64,000 nt of DNA from Acidobacteriota bacterium. Its GTDB lineage: Bacteria; Acidobacteriota; UBA890; WLXD01. The stretch covers positions 544,001-608,000 of the forward strand of contig CBDBHB010000008.1 of assembly GCA_965205505.1 (NCBI GenBank), written 5' to 3'. Every line of letters begins with the position of its first letter. Position 1 is the first letter of the stretch. The translations under genes and the position numbers were made by a program. Under the pieces are notes generated by a model. That model had not been told where the DNA came from. It saw only the letters and a program-made list of their open reading frames with translations, and searched no databases. Below are positions 39,379 through 50,268 of this stretch, piece by piece.

Positions 39379-39828
39379 ATGAGATTCCATAGCGCAGCGG
39401 CATTTGCAGTGGCGATACTGCTGATATCGGCCGAACCGGCTCGCGCCGCACAACAAACCAGCGGTGCGGACGTCGACGCGGTGATCGCCGCGATGGACGC
39501 GACCGGCGACGCGCTGCGCGCCGGCGACAACGAAGCGTTCCTGTCGATGTATTCCCAAGACGTGTTCTTCATGCCGCCCGATAGCGCGCCCGCCGTGGGC
39601 AAGGCCGCGATGGCGGCAACGAACAGCCTGGAAGGCCCCCTCGCCTGGGCTGAGGATTACGAGGAGGTCATGGTGCACGGCGACTGGGCGCACGTCGTCG
39701 CTACCTGGACAATCGGCGATCAGGTTGCTGGGAAGGCAATCTACATTCTTGCGAGGCAGGCGGACGGATCATGGAAGATCGCACGCGAGTTCTGGAACAC
39801 AGACGCGGCTTCGGGGGACAACCAGTGA
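39379..39828 (+). CDS. Secreted SnoaL/DUF4440 (NTF2-like) protein
   Basis: Signal peptide; MPPDSAPAVG, GDWA, RQADGSWKIAREFWN. Confidence 0.85.
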   Translation: MRFHSAAAFAVAILLISAEPARAAQQTSGADVDAVIAAMDATGDALRAGDNEAFLSMYSQDVFFMPPDSAPAVGKAAMAATNSLEGPLAWAEDYEEVMVHGDWAHVVATWTIGDQVAGKAIYILARQADGSWKIAREFWNTDAASGDNQ

Positions 39829-39932
39829 GACGCGGCGCTTGTTCGTAGGGAAAGTTCTCGCAGAAATCGAGCCGGGCATGACCAAGACCCGCGAGAGCCT
39901 TTACATCCGCGACGCGGACTGAGGGAGCAACG

Positions 39933-40376
39933 GTGGGATTCGTTCTCAAGACGGGAGAGGGTGAACCGCTGCTGAACGGCATTGTCGTCAAGGCATCGCC
40001 GACGAGCGGGACGTCGGGCTCTATTCTGGTTGAACAAACATTCCAGCGGGGCTGTACAACGAATCTTCACATTCACGAACAGGGCGATGAGCTGTTCTAT
40101 GTCGTGTCAGGTCGGGGCACCGCGACGCTGGGTGACAAGACCGAAGCAATTGAACCTGGTGACGTGATTCTTGTGGCCCAGAGTGCAGTTCACCGCATCG
40201 AGAACCTGGACAATGACGAGCCCCTAAAGGTCGTCTATTTCATGGACAGTCCGGAGTTAGTCGAGCAATTTCGTGCGCTTCACGAGCGCGTTACATCGGA
40301 ACCGGATCGACCGATTACGCCGGAAGAGAGGGCCGCGATTGAAGACCGAATTGGTGGTGGCAAGACGGTGAGATAA
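39933..40376 (+). CDS. Cupin-domain protein
   Basis: HIHEQGDELFYVVSGRG...PGDVILV....VH. Confidence 0.85.
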   Translation: MGFVLKTGEGEPLLNGIVVKASPTSGTSGSILVEQTFQRGCTTNLHIHEQGDELFYVVSGRGTATLGDKTEAIEPGDVILVAQSAVHRIENLDNDEPLKVVYFMDSPELVEQFRALHERVTSEPDRPITPEERAAIEDRIGGGKTVR

Positions 40377-40397
40377 ATCGTTTGGTCCTTGGGGCGC

Positions 40398-41159
40398 TCA
40401 GCCGGCGATGCCACCACCGTCCACGACCAGAAACTCGCCGGTGACGAACGAAGATTGGTCGGAAGCGAGGAAGACCACCGCGTCCGCGATCTCGTCTGCG
40501 GTGCCGATGCGCCCCAGCGGCCGTGCCGAGCAGCCGGCGAGATACTCCTCCCACGACTGGCCACGCTTGGCGGCGTCGTCGGGGAGCATCGGGGTATCGA
40601 CGTCGCCAGGGCACACGCAGTTGACGCGAATGCCGTCGGGGCCGTGGTCGATCGCCATCGCCTTGGCCATGACGATCAGGCCTCCCTTCGCCGCGCAGTA
40701 CGCCGCCGCCTTGTCGCCGCCGAGGATGCCCCAGCCGGAGCTGGTGTGGATGATCGAGCCGCCACCGCTCTCGATCATCGACGGGATGACGTACTTCGAC
40801 ATGAGAAAGGCCCCTTTCAGGCTGGAGTCGATCGTCTCGTCCCACTCCTCCTCGGTACAGTCCGGAACGGTCTTTGGATGAAACACCCCGGCATTGTTGA
40901 ACAGGATATCGATGCGGCCGAAGCGCTCCAGTGTCTGCTCTACGGCCTGCCGGCAATCCTCGGCGAGGCGCACGTCGGAACGGATGAACATCGCCTCGCC
41001 GCCGGCGTCGGCGATCGACTGCGCCACCGCCTCGCCGCGCTCCGAGTTGCGTCCCGTCAGTGCCACGGATGCCCCTTCGCGCGCGAAGCGCACCGCGGTG
41101 GCAGTGCCGATTCCGGCGGTGCCACCGGTGATCAGGCCCACCTTGCCTTCCAATCTCAT
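40398..41159 (-). CDS. SDR-family oxidoreductase
   Basis: TGGTAGIG, NNAG, YCAAK. Confidence 0.95.
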   Translation of the reverse strand: MRLEGKVGLITGGTAGIGTATAVRFAREGASVALTGRNSERGEAVAQSIADAGGEAMFIRSDVRLAEDCRQAVEQTLERFGRIDILFNNAGVFHPKTVPDCTEEEWDETIDSSLKGAFLMSKYVIPSMIESGGGSIIHTSSGWGILGGDKAAAYCAAKGGLIVMAKAMAIDHGPDGIRVNCVCPGDVDTPMLPDDAAKRGQSWEEYLAGCSARPLGRIGTADEIADAVVFLASDQSSFVTGEFLVVDGGGIAG

Positions 41160-41180
41160 GCGAGCGATTCCCCTTCTTGG

Positions 41181-41410
41181 TTAGCGGCTGCTCCGGCGTC
41201 CCGACCGGGGACGGCCGGAGGCGAACAGTGCCGCGATCTCCTCCGGCTTCGCGTGTCGACCGAACGGTATCTTCCGGTTCACCGCTTTGAGCAAGGCGTC
41301 AGTGTACTCGGCCCGCTGCATCGGGAGGGCGCCTAGCTGTTCGGGACCACCTCGTTCATGTACCAATCCATGAAGTTCACCAGGCTACGCTCGTTGCGGG
41401 AGTAGTGTCT
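41181..41410 (-). pseudogene. Junction of gene fragments (SDR C-terminal piece; possible Rieske-oxygenase C-terminus)
   Basis: KIPFGRHAKPEEIAALFA and YSRNERSLVNFMDWY in adjacent frames. Confidence 0.45.
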
Positions 41411-41699
41411 CCACGCCTCGGAGCGCCTCAGCGTCGCCCGGTTGGTGGCGGGCTCAACGCTGCCCTGTCTGCAGACGGTCGCTGCTCGATGGGCGAACCG
41501 GCCTAGGGTCCCACGCGGAAGACGTCTCGGGAAGGGAGCGCACCAGGCATCAGTCGACCGAACTATCATGACGACCTGCTGGAGCGTTATCTCGGTGGGT
41601 TCGAGAAGTAGGTGAAGAGCAGACAGACAGTCCGGTTCATGACGCCCCGGCGACCATCGCTTGGGCGAGCGAAGCTCGTGAGCAGAAAAGGATCCCGTC

Positions 41700-43109
41700 G
41701 TGACGGAAAGCAAGCTGAAGGTCCCACACACGCTGGTCATCCTGTTCGCGATGGTGATCCTGGGCCAGGTCCTCTCCTACCTCCTTCCCGCCGGGTCGTT
41801 CGAACGAGTGGAGAATGCCGCTGGGCAACTCCAGGTCGTTCCCGGTAGCTTCGAGTTCACCGTCGATGCTCCGGCGTTGTCGCCCCTGGCCAGCCTGACC
41901 GCCGTTCCCAAGGGGCTCAGCGGCGCGCACCAGATCATCTTCTTGCTCCTCATCATCGGGGGTGCGTTCGCCGTTCTACGCGCCACGGGGGCGGTGGATT
42001 CCGTCATCGGGGCCCTCCTACGCCGATGGGGGGATCGACCTTTCTGGTTGGTAGCCGGCGGAACTACCTTGTTCGCCCTCGGTTCGAGCACCATCGGATT
42101 CGGCGAAGAGTATTTTCCCTTCGTACCCGTCCTCATCACTCTCGCTCTCGCCCTCGGATACGACAGGGTCACGGCTGTCGGGATCATCATGATCGGGTAT
42201 GGCGTCGGTTTCGGCGCTGCCCTCATCAACCCCTTCACCACTCTTCTCGCCCAGGACATCGCGGGGCTCCAACCCGCATCGGGGCTGTGGTACCGCGTCG
42301 CGCTCATGGTCGTCTTCCTGCCGATCGGAATTCACCACGTCTGGTCCTATGCCAAGAAGGTCGCGCGGGATCCGGCGGCGAGCCTGGTGGCCGACGTGAG
42401 CGCGCCTGAAGGGGCGTCGATCTCCAGTGGCGGAGACGGAGACGCCGGCGCCGACCATCCCCCGATGACCATTACGCACAAGCAGGTCCTGGCCGCCGTT
42501 GCCATCTCGCAGATCGTGCTTGTCTACGGGCTGAGCCAGTGGCAGTGGTTTCTGGTCGAGATGCAAGCACTCTTCGTCGCTCTCACAGTGATCATTGCCA
42601 TCATCGCCCGCATGAGGCCCGACCGCACAGCGGTGGAGTTCGGCGCCGGCGCAGCGAGCTTCACAAGCGTTGCCCTGCTGATCGGCGTGGCCCGGGGTAT
42701 CTCGGTGGTGCTGAACGAGGGCGGCATAGTGGACACGCTGGTCTACGGCATCAGCCTTCCCGTTAGGGAGCTTCCGGGGGCGCTCTCCGCCGTCGGGATG
42801 TTCTTCGTTCAGAGCCTCGCCAACTTCTTCATCCCCTCGGGAACCGGTCAGGCCTATGTCACCATGCCGATCATGGCGCCCCTGGCCGACCTCGCGGGCG
42901 TCAGCCGGCAAGTGGCGGTACTGGCCTTCCAGTTCGGCGACGGGTTCAGCAATATCCTGGTTCCCACCCAAGCCGTGCTCGTGGGAGCCCTGGCCATGGC
43001 GACGGTCCCATACGACCGCTGGCTGCGCTTCATCCTGCCCTTCATGGTGAAGATCTGGATCGTCGGCTCGATCGCATTGGCCGTGGCCGTATGGATCGGA
43101 TACGCCTGA
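41700..43109 (+). CDS. YfcC/DcuC-family transporter
   Basis: KVPHTLVILF, LLPAGSFER, NPFT, PSGTGQA, LAFQFGDG; many TM helices. Confidence 0.9.
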   Translation: MTESKLKVPHTLVILFAMVILGQVLSYLLPAGSFERVENAAGQLQVVPGSFEFTVDAPALSPLASLTAVPKGLSGAHQIIFLLLIIGGAFAVLRATGAVDSVIGALLRRWGDRPFWLVAGGTTLFALGSSTIGFGEEYFPFVPVLITLALALGYDRVTAVGIIMIGYGVGFGAALINPFTTLLAQDIAGLQPASGLWYRVALMVVFLPIGIHHVWSYAKKVARDPAASLVADVSAPEGASISSGGDGDAGADHPPMTITHKQVLAAVAISQIVLVYGLSQWQWFLVEMQALFVALTVIIAIIARMRPDRTAVEFGAGAASFTSVALLIGVARGISVVLNEGGIVDTLVYGISLPVRELPGALSAVGMFFVQSLANFFIPSGTGQAYVTMPIMAPLADLAGVSRQVAVLAFQFGDGFSNILVPTQAVLVGALAMATVPYDRWLRFILPFMVKIWIVGSIALAVAVWIGYA

Positions 43110-43183
43110 GAAATCCCCCCTCGAGAGGTGTTGTCGAGATTCCGGGATGCCTGCTCGGACTTTCCGGTGGGCCAGACAGGAAC

Positions 43184-43942
43184 TCAACGGCCAGCGGTCA
43201 CGCCACCATCAATCGCTAGCGCGGTACCAGTGACGAAACGCGCTTCGGATGAAGCCAGATAGAGCACCGCGTGGCTGATCTCGGCTGGCGTTGCGATGCG
43301 CTTCATCGGCGCGTAGTCGATCATCCTCTGCTCGGCCGCGGCCGGGTCTTCTTTCTTGTCGATATTGTCGCGGCGAATCATGTCGGTATCGACATAGCCC
43401 GGGCATACGGAATTAACTCGTACGTCTGGCGCGACCTCCAACGCCATGGCACGGGTCATGTTGACGACCCCTGCCTTTGACGCGCAGTACACGGCGACCC
43501 CTGCATACCCCATCAGCCCGGCATCCGAGGCAATGTTGACGATATTGCCGTTGGACTTGCGCAATTCGGACAATGCCGCGCGGCAGCAGAAGAAAGTGCC
43601 CTTCAGGTTGATGTCGAGTTGAGCGTCCCACATCGACTCGTCGCTGTCCTCGATGGGCTTAGCCGACACGATACCGGCGCTGTTCACCAGAATATCGAGG
43701 CCGCCGAAGGCGTCGTTCGCAGTGCTCACTACCGACTCGCAGCCAGGAACGGTGCCGATATCGCCGGGCGCTGCGACCAGGCGCGCACCATCGCCCAGTC
43801 TCTCCATGGCGGCGCTCACGGAGTGCGTTGTTCTGCCGTTGATGGCGACGCGGGCGCCAGCCTCGACAAAGGCTTTGGCAATCGCAAAGCCGATACCCCG
43901 ACTGCTACCCGTTACCAAAACTCGCTTGTCGGTGAAATCCAT
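43184..43942 (-). CDS. SDR-family oxidoreductase
   Basis: TGSSRGIG, NSAG, YCASK. Confidence 0.95.
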   Translation of the reverse strand: MDFTDKRVLVTGSSRGIGFAIAKAFVEAGARVAINGRTTHSVSAAMERLGDGARLVAAPGDIGTVPGCESVVSTANDAFGGLDILVNSAGIVSAKPIEDSDESMWDAQLDINLKGTFFCCRAALSELRKSNGNIVNIASDAGLMGYAGVAVYCASKAGVVNMTRAMALEVAPDVRVNSVCPGYVDTDMIRRDNIDKKEDPAAAEQRMIDYAPMKRIATPAEISHAVLYLASSEARFVTGTALAIDGGVTAGR

Positions 43943-44154
43943 GTCGGTTCCTCTGGAGATTATCGAGATACGCGCCCGAACTTGACCGGTGGTTCAGAAC
44001 CGCGCGCGGCGCATGGGTAGTCCTGCGCTCTCGAACGGCGATAGCGGTGGCTCGTGGAACATCTGGATCTCGCCGGCGCTTTGCGGGAAACCAGCCAGTA
44101 CTTGTGGCAAAGTTCGGCCACTTTCACAACCTAGAGGAGAAAGGTTTGACGCAC

Positions 44155-45711
44155 ATGCGGAGCACTTCGACAGCTTCCCGCACGACTTGCTCCAGCCCCT
44201 TGAGCCTGTTGCTGGTGTTCGGTCTTGCAACCCTGTTTCCCGCCGCGGCCGAGGCTCAAGAAGAGGGCGCAAGATCCTCACGCTACGTCGAGGAGAACAA
44301 CCAGATTCGTCGCGACAAGTTCGACCTCATCCTGCCGCAGATCATGCGGGCACGTGGCATCGACATGTGGATCCATGTGATGCGCGCCGCAATTCCCGAT
44401 CCGTTCGGGGCGGAAGAGTTGGGCGGTGCCTCCGGTGTCTTCGTCTTCACCGACCGTGGTGGTGGTCGGATCGAGCGGGCGATTATCGGGCGTCGCTGGC
44501 GAGCTTCACAGCGTCTCCTGCTTTCGGACTGGTCGGCTGAGCTGGCCAAGAGCCGCAGCGACTACGCAGATCCGATTGAAGCGCTCGGCGTCTACGACAT
44601 CGTCGGCGAGCCGGTTGTTTATGGCGAACCCTTGTCGAGCCCGATGACGGAGTATGACTACCGATTCAAGGGTCTCGGAGCCTTCGTCGAAGCGCGCAAC
44701 CCGGAGCGCATCGCGGTCAATTACCGAGACCGTCTCGCTCCGTGGGCGACCTCCACCAGAACAGACGACGGGATTTCGCACGCAGACTACCTCCTGCTAG
44801 CTGAGGAGCTCGGTGAGGAATACGCCGACAGGCTGGTGTCGTCCGAATACCTGATCATGGACTACAACATCAGTCCGGTGCCGAGCGAGGTCGAGCTGTT
44901 GAAGAAGATGCGCGCGGACGAGCTCGAACGCATGAAGGGCGCTCTTGCCGAAATGGTGCCGGGCGCGACCTTGACTCGAGATATGCCCATGACCGTCTTT
45001 CGCCGGATGCGCACCGCACTGTCGCAACGGGGAAGGAGTGAAGGCTGGAAAGACAATGTGGTTCAAGGAGGCGACATCCTTGCAGCGCCGAGCCAGGGAC
45101 TGTTCGCCTACGTGTTACGTGACGGAGAGAGCGAACCGCCCGCCGACATCAAGAAACTCTGGGCGGAACATCTGACGATCGCCGAGATCCTGTCGGAGAC
45201 CATCCGGGCGGGCCTTACCCCCCGCGAAATAATGAAGAGCTACCAGCAGAAGCTTGCCGACGCCGGCATCATTGTCAGAGATCCGCAGGTGCCCATGGTT
45301 CAGCCGAACCTCTTCGAGAGCCTCTGCTTCCTGAAGCCGGTGCTCGGCCAGTATCAATATATGGAGGAAGGCTGCTGGGACAACGGTTCCCACGTCTATC
45401 CTGAAGGCTTCGAGCCCGAGAATACCCGAGTTGCTTTCGACCTCCACGGGGTGGGAAAGGGAGCGCGCGAGGTGAGGTTCGATGCCGGCCTAGGCCCCAG
45501 AATGGGCTCGTATGGACCGGATTGGGCTTTCGACGTACCGCTCTCGCCCAATCACCACTTCGTTCTGGAGTACTTCTTTTATATGCCGTCGCCTGCCGAC
45601 GAGGGCGAGGCCCAATACTTGACCTTTTGGAACCATGAACAAGCGATCGCCACTGAAAATGGGGTCGAGCGTTTATCTCCGCCGCAACGAGAGCTCCTTC
45701 TCATTCAGTAG
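44155..45711 (+). CDS. Secreted divergent M24 peptidase-like protein
   Basis: KFDLILPQIMRARGIDMW, NPERIAVN, DGISHADY, HEQAIATENGV. Confidence 0.65.
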   Translation: MRSTSTASRTTCSSPLSLLLVFGLATLFPAAAEAQEEGARSSRYVEENNQIRRDKFDLILPQIMRARGIDMWIHVMRAAIPDPFGAEELGGASGVFVFTDRGGGRIERAIIGRRWRASQRLLLSDWSAELAKSRSDYADPIEALGVYDIVGEPVVYGEPLSSPMTEYDYRFKGLGAFVEARNPERIAVNYRDRLAPWATSTRTDDGISHADYLLLAEELGEEYADRLVSSEYLIMDYNISPVPSEVELLKKMRADELERMKGALAEMVPGATLTRDMPMTVFRRMRTALSQRGRSEGWKDNVVQGGDILAAPSQGLFAYVLRDGESEPPADIKKLWAEHLTIAEILSETIRAGLTPREIMKSYQQKLADAGIIVRDPQVPMVQPNLFESLCFLKPVLGQYQYMEEGCWDNGSHVYPEGFEPENTRVAFDLHGVGKGAREVRFDAGLGPRMGSYGPDWAFDVPLSPNHHFVLEYFFYMPSPADEGEAQYLTFWNHEQAIATENGVERLSPPQRELLLIQ

Positions 45712-45763
45712 TCATTGGCCCGGCCTGGTGCGACGACGTGCGCTGCCGCTCAAGCTGTGCGCC

Positions 45764-46744
45764 ATGGCTACAGCAGTGATCTCGTTGTCGGCGGCGACGC
45801 TGGGGCCGACGGCGGCGGCGCAGAGCACTGCTTCCGACGCCGCAGAGTGGCAGGTGCCCAGGACGCCGCACGGCCACCCGGATCTCCAGGGAAACTGGAC
45901 CAACGCCACGCTTACCCCCGTCCAGCGTCCGCAAGGGCTGGGGGCCGTTCTCAGCCCGGAACAGGTTGCGGAGGTCGAGGATCGAGGGGGGCCAGGCGAA
46001 TGCTGGAGCTGCAGCACGACGCCGAGCGAGGCCGGTGAGCGCGTGACGGTCGTCAATGGCGAGCCCAGAAGCTCGCTGATCACGCATCCGGCGGATGGCC
46101 GCGCGCCGGAGCTAACGCTGGAGGGACACCGGCGGGTCGAGGAACGTACGGCGTTCAGGAGCCAGTTTGGTCCTAACGATCATCCCGAGCTCCTACTGCT
46201 GGCCGACCGTTGCCTCGTATCGTTCGGCTCCAACGCCGGTCCGCCGATGCTCCCCAACTACTTCTACCTCAGCAACTACACGATCGTGCAGAACGCCGAT
46301 CACGTGATGATCATGACCGAGATGGTGCACGACGTCCGCATCATCCGGCTCGGAGAGCCCATACCGCTTCCGAACCACATTCGCCCCTGGTTCGGTGACT
46401 CGTGGGGTCGTTGGGAGGGGGACACGCTCGTTGTCGAGACCACCAACTTGAATCCCGATAACGCGCTCCACAGCGACAACGCGGCCGACGTCGAGGACCG
46501 CGGCGTCCCTCCCTCGGAAGATGCCAAGGTGATCGAGCGCTTCACCCTAGTCGATGAGGAGACCATTCACTACGAGTTCACCATCGACGACCCGACGATG
46601 TATGCGAGCACCTGGGGCGGCGAGGTTCTGTTCGAGCGCTTCGACGACCTGCTCTACGAGTATTCCTGTCACGAAGGCAACTACTCCCTCTCCAACTCGT
46701 TGAGCGGCGCGCGCTATGAAGAGAGAAACGAGGAGCACAGGTAG
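45764..46744 (+). CDS. Conserved secreted hypothetical protein
   Basis: PRTPHGHPDLQGNW, GDSWGRWEGDTLVVETTN, YEYSCHEGN. Confidence 0.85.
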   Translation: MATAVISLSAATLGPTAAAQSTASDAAEWQVPRTPHGHPDLQGNWTNATLTPVQRPQGLGAVLSPEQVAEVEDRGGPGECWSCSTTPSEAGERVTVVNGEPRSSLITHPADGRAPELTLEGHRRVEERTAFRSQFGPNDHPELLLLADRCLVSFGSNAGPPMLPNYFYLSNYTIVQNADHVMIMTEMVHDVRIIRLGEPIPLPNHIRPWFGDSWGRWEGDTLVVETTNLNPDNALHSDNAADVEDRGVPPSEDAKVIERFTLVDEETIHYEFTIDDPTMYASTWGGEVLFERFDDLLYEYSCHEGNYSLSNSLSGARYEERNEEHR

Positions 46745-46770
46745 CCGGTGGTCACCGCGGCAGCCGGAGC

Positions 46771-48039
46771 TCAAGATGCGCTGAAGACGCCGAGAGGCTG
46801 ATAGTCGCCCTTGAGGATAGCCCCGGTATCGCTGTAGCCCATCCACTCGTCGATCACCGTGGCGTAGACGCGTCGAAAGTCGGTGGTCATCACGAGATTG
46901 CCGTCGTCGAGATCAGTAAGACTCGGTGTCTTGCCGTAGAAGCCGCCCTCGAGCTTCTTTCCCACCACGAACATCGGCCCGGCGGTACCGTGATCGGTGC
47001 CGAGGCTGGCGTTCTCCTCGACTCGCCGGCCGAACTCCGAGAACAGGACCACCGCGACATCGTCGGCGCGTCCGAGGCGCTGCACATCCTCCATGAAGCC
47101 ACGTACCGCGTCGGACATGTACATGAGCAGTCGGGCGTGGAGGTCGGCCTGGTGGACGTGGGTGTCGAAGGAGTTGCCGCTGAAGCTGACGTAGTAGACC
47201 CGAGTGGGCATGTCGGCGGCGATGAGAGCCGCCACCTTGCGCAGATCGGCGCCGCCGAGGCCGTAGTCGACCGGTGTGCGATAGCCGGACCAGGCTTGAC
47301 GCACGAAGGCGGAGCTCTCAGTGGCGTTCTCCGCCGTTGCACGTAGAAAGTCGAGCTCGCTGTTGCTGGTCGCGTGGGCACCCGAGAGTCGAGTAAGAGC
47401 TGCGATCTCGTCTTCCTCTCCCTGGCGCTGAAAGCGGCCGGGATCGTTGAAGACCAGCGGCGAGTTCACCTTTCCGCGCACCGCCAGTGATTGCGAGTTG
47501 GCGATGTTGACGATCAAGTTGCGCTTGCCGTCGGGGGTGTGAGCGTCGGCGAAGCGACCCACCCAACCGAGCTTCTCGCCGCCGTTGGGGACGCCGGTGT
47601 GCCAGAAGCCCATCGAGGTGAAGTGCGACAAGCTGGGGTTGGGATAGCCGCAACCTTCGACGACGGCCAACATGCCGTCTTTGTAGAGCCGTTCGAAACC
47701 GACCAGGGACGGGTGGAGCCCCACTCCATTGGTGATCGGCAGGAGGTCGTTCCTCGGGATTCCGAGATTTGGACGCGCTCGGTAGTAAGCGTCGTCGCCG
47801 AACGGCACCACCGTGTTGAGACCGTCGTTGCCGCCGGAGAGCTCGACGACGACGAGGATTCGCTGCGGGTGCTTCTCAGCGGTTCCTCCGAGCGCCTGCG
47901 CCGCCAGAGCCGCCGAGGTGCGGTCCAGAACCATCGGTAGTCCGGCGGTCACTCCCAGACCGTAGAGGCCGCGACGCAGGAAGTCGCGCCGCGAGTAGGG
48001 GCAATCGATGTGTGCCCGTCCGATCAGTGGCCGTTTCAT
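46771..48039 (-). CDS. DUF1501 protein with a Tat signal
   Basis: SRRDFL, LSGGNDGLN, PSLSHF, FDTH, SEFGRR...GTDHG. Confidence 0.93.
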   Translation of the reverse strand: MKRPLIGRAHIDCPYSRRDFLRRGLYGLGVTAGLPMVLDRTSAALAAQALGGTAEKHPQRILVVVELSGGNDGLNTVVPFGDDAYYRARPNLGIPRNDLLPITNGVGLHPSLVGFERLYKDGMLAVVEGCGYPNPSLSHFTSMGFWHTGVPNGGEKLGWVGRFADAHTPDGKRNLIVNIANSQSLAVRGKVNSPLVFNDPGRFQRQGEEDEIAALTRLSGAHATSNSELDFLRATAENATESSAFVRQAWSGYRTPVDYGLGGADLRKVAALIAADMPTRVYYVSFSGNSFDTHVHQADLHARLLMYMSDAVRGFMEDVQRLGRADDVAVVLFSEFGRRVEENASLGTDHGTAGPMFVVGKKLEGGFYGKTPSLTDLDDGNLVMTTDFRRVYATVIDEWMGYSDTGAILKGDYQPLGVFSAS

Positions 48040-48043
48040 GGCG

Positions 48044-49969
48044 TTACCCCAGTTGGTACTCAGGAGTGCTCAAGACCAGGTAGAGGACTGCCCGTAGAGC
48101 GTCCTCCCTGCCGCCGGCTGACGATCCGCTCTCAACGAGTCGCTTCTCCAGGAAGGCGACGAGATCCGCTTGCGCATCGCGCTCGAGAGGGATGTGCAGA
48201 AACCGGCGAACGAGGCGATCGATCACTTCGGCGCTGGTTTCGGCGCCCTCGGCCGAGAGCATCCCCGCGAGGTCGAGATCGATGGCGTGGCGAGGAACGA
48301 GTTTGACCCTTTCGTAGGCCATGACGTATCCACGGTAGCCCCCGTAGCGAGTGTTGTAGTCCTCATCGGCGTCGGCCATCATGCTGGACGCCGAGTCGCC
48401 AACCTGGGTCGCGGAGGTGATGTTGGCTCCCTCCGCCAGACGGCGTCCCACCTGTCGGTAGATCCCGGGCATGCGGCGGTCGGGTGCCCCATAGGACTCG
48501 AGGTCGGGCGGGAAAAGGATGTTGCGCATCAGGTTGCCGCGCTCGAGGAGAGTCGCCGGAGTGATCCAGGTCCGACCGCCGGCCCAACCCGCCACGTTGG
48601 GTGGGTAAAAGAGTGACTGACCGAGGCTCGCGGTGAGCTCGTTGAAATCTGGAACCGTCGGCAACTTCTCGAGTCCGAGCTTGCGATAGGTCGAGACCAC
48701 CAGGTGCACCGGGCTCTTGATCTGGGTGGCGAAGGACCTGGGGCCGTAGAAATCACGCGACAGGAAGATCCTCTCGAGCACCGGACGGAGCTCGTAGCCC
48801 GACTCGCGAAAGAGCGCCGCGAGCTCGGCGAGGATGGCCGGCGGCGCCTCTTCGGCGACGAAGAAACGATAGAGCTTCGCGGCAATGAAGTCGGCCGTCG
48901 CCGGCTGCTCGAGGATGATGTCGATGATCTCGTCGCCGTCGAACTTCCCTTTCCTGCCTAGGAACTCCTTTTCTCCATAGTCGTGCAGCTTGCCGTCGAA
49001 GCGGAACTCGAGGACATCGTTGGTCCAACCCGTAAAGGCGCGCGATGCCTCTCGAATGTCGTGCTCGCTGTAGTTGCCGTCTCCCATTGTGAAGAGCTCA
49101 AGCAGCTCGCGGCCGAAGTTCTCATTGGGATGGTCCTTGACGTTCTCGCCGTTGTCGAGGAAGACGAGCATCGCCGGGTCTTTCATGATCGCCAGCAGCA
49201 CGTCGCGGAAGTTGCCGTTGGCGTGCCGGCGCAACGTTTGGTTCTGGACCAGCATCATGCGGTAGTCACGGACCTTGACGTCGGAGGTGGCGAAGTGACC
49301 GTGCCAGAAGAATGTGAGCTTTTCTTCGAGCGGCCGCTTGCTCTTCAGCATGCGTTCGCCCCACCAGAGGCCGAGTCGAAGCGCCTCGAGGCGGTCGGCC
49401 CGGAGGCCGTAGAAGAACTTGTCGACCACTGGCTGAAGGCGCCGCGACGACCCTTCCGGAAGGATGTCGACTCCGAGAGCGCGACCCTTCTCCCTGCCGA
49501 TGCGGACCGCTTCGGCCCGGCTCGGCGGAAACGGGTCCATACCCTCGTCGAAGATCCCGGAATGCTCGAACGGGCCCACCGAGGGATTGGCGGTCGACCG
49601 GTAGTCGACCAGACGTCGCACGACCTGGCGGGGATCCGCTTTGGCCAGAAGCTCGATCTCCTCCGGCGTCGCACCGAAGCCGGCGCGCTCCATCAGATGA
49701 GCGGCACGCTCGTAGCTCCAATCGGCGGCGCCGATAGGGTCGAGGTCGCCGATCCATGCGGCGGGCCCGGCGCCGGTGCCGGTGCCAGTGCCGTTGCCGG
49801 TCGCCTCGAGACCCGGCGCCGCGAGGGACGCGCAGAGAAGCGAGAAGGCGAGCAGGAGTCGGGGAGAGCGCGGTCGACGTGTCGGGCTTGTCCGCGCGGT
49901 CACGGTGCTGTCGTCGTCGCGGTGGCGCACGCTCCCTCCTTCCAGAACTCGAAATCGGGAGTCAAGCAT
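48044..49969 (-). CDS. DUF1800 protein
   Basis: AAHLMERAGFG, EKLTFFWHGHFAT, PNENFGRELLELFTMG, PPNVAGW, TPEYQL. Confidence 0.93.
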   Translation of the reverse strand: MLDSRFRVLEGGSVRHRDDDSTVTARTSPTRRPRSPRLLLAFSLLCASLAAPGLEATGNGTGTGTGAGPAAWIGDLDPIGAADWSYERAAHLMERAGFGATPEEIELLAKADPRQVVRRLVDYRSTANPSVGPFEHSGIFDEGMDPFPPSRAEAVRIGREKGRALGVDILPEGSSRRLQPVVDKFFYGLRADRLEALRLGLWWGERMLKSKRPLEEKLTFFWHGHFATSDVKVRDYRMMLVQNQTLRRHANGNFRDVLLAIMKDPAMLVFLDNGENVKDHPNENFGRELLELFTMGDGNYSEHDIREASRAFTGWTNDVLEFRFDGKLHDYGEKEFLGRKGKFDGDEIIDIILEQPATADFIAAKLYRFFVAEEAPPAILAELAALFRESGYELRPVLERIFLSRDFYGPRSFATQIKSPVHLVVSTYRKLGLEKLPTVPDFNELTASLGQSLFYPPNVAGWAGGRTWITPATLLERGNLMRNILFPPDLESYGAPDRRMPGIYRQVGRRLAEGANITSATQVGDSASSMMADADEDYNTRYGGYRGYVMAYERVKLVPRHAIDLDLAGMLSAEGAETSAEVIDRLVRRFLHIPLERDAQADLVAFLEKRLVESGSSAGGREDALRAVLYLVLSTPEYQLG

Positions 49970-50268
49970 ATGTCATGGCGAGGTTTCCTCGCCCTTTTCG
50001 CCTGCGCCGAGGCGGTCCAGGATCTTGTATTGGCCTAGTTTGGTGCCGGGTCCCATGACATCTCTAAAGCTGCACGGGTGAGCGAGTGAAGAGTACCGCT
50101 GATGATCTCAGCCATCGCTGCTCCCTGCCTGGTAGGATTCGATTTCGCCAAATGTTCAGTGGAACGGATATAGAGTTCAGGCGAGCGTGTTGGCACCTGA
50201 GATAGTCAGGGCGGCAGCCGCCGACCCACGGCGAGACGGAGGTTGCAAACACAGGGCAGGTAGGCTTC

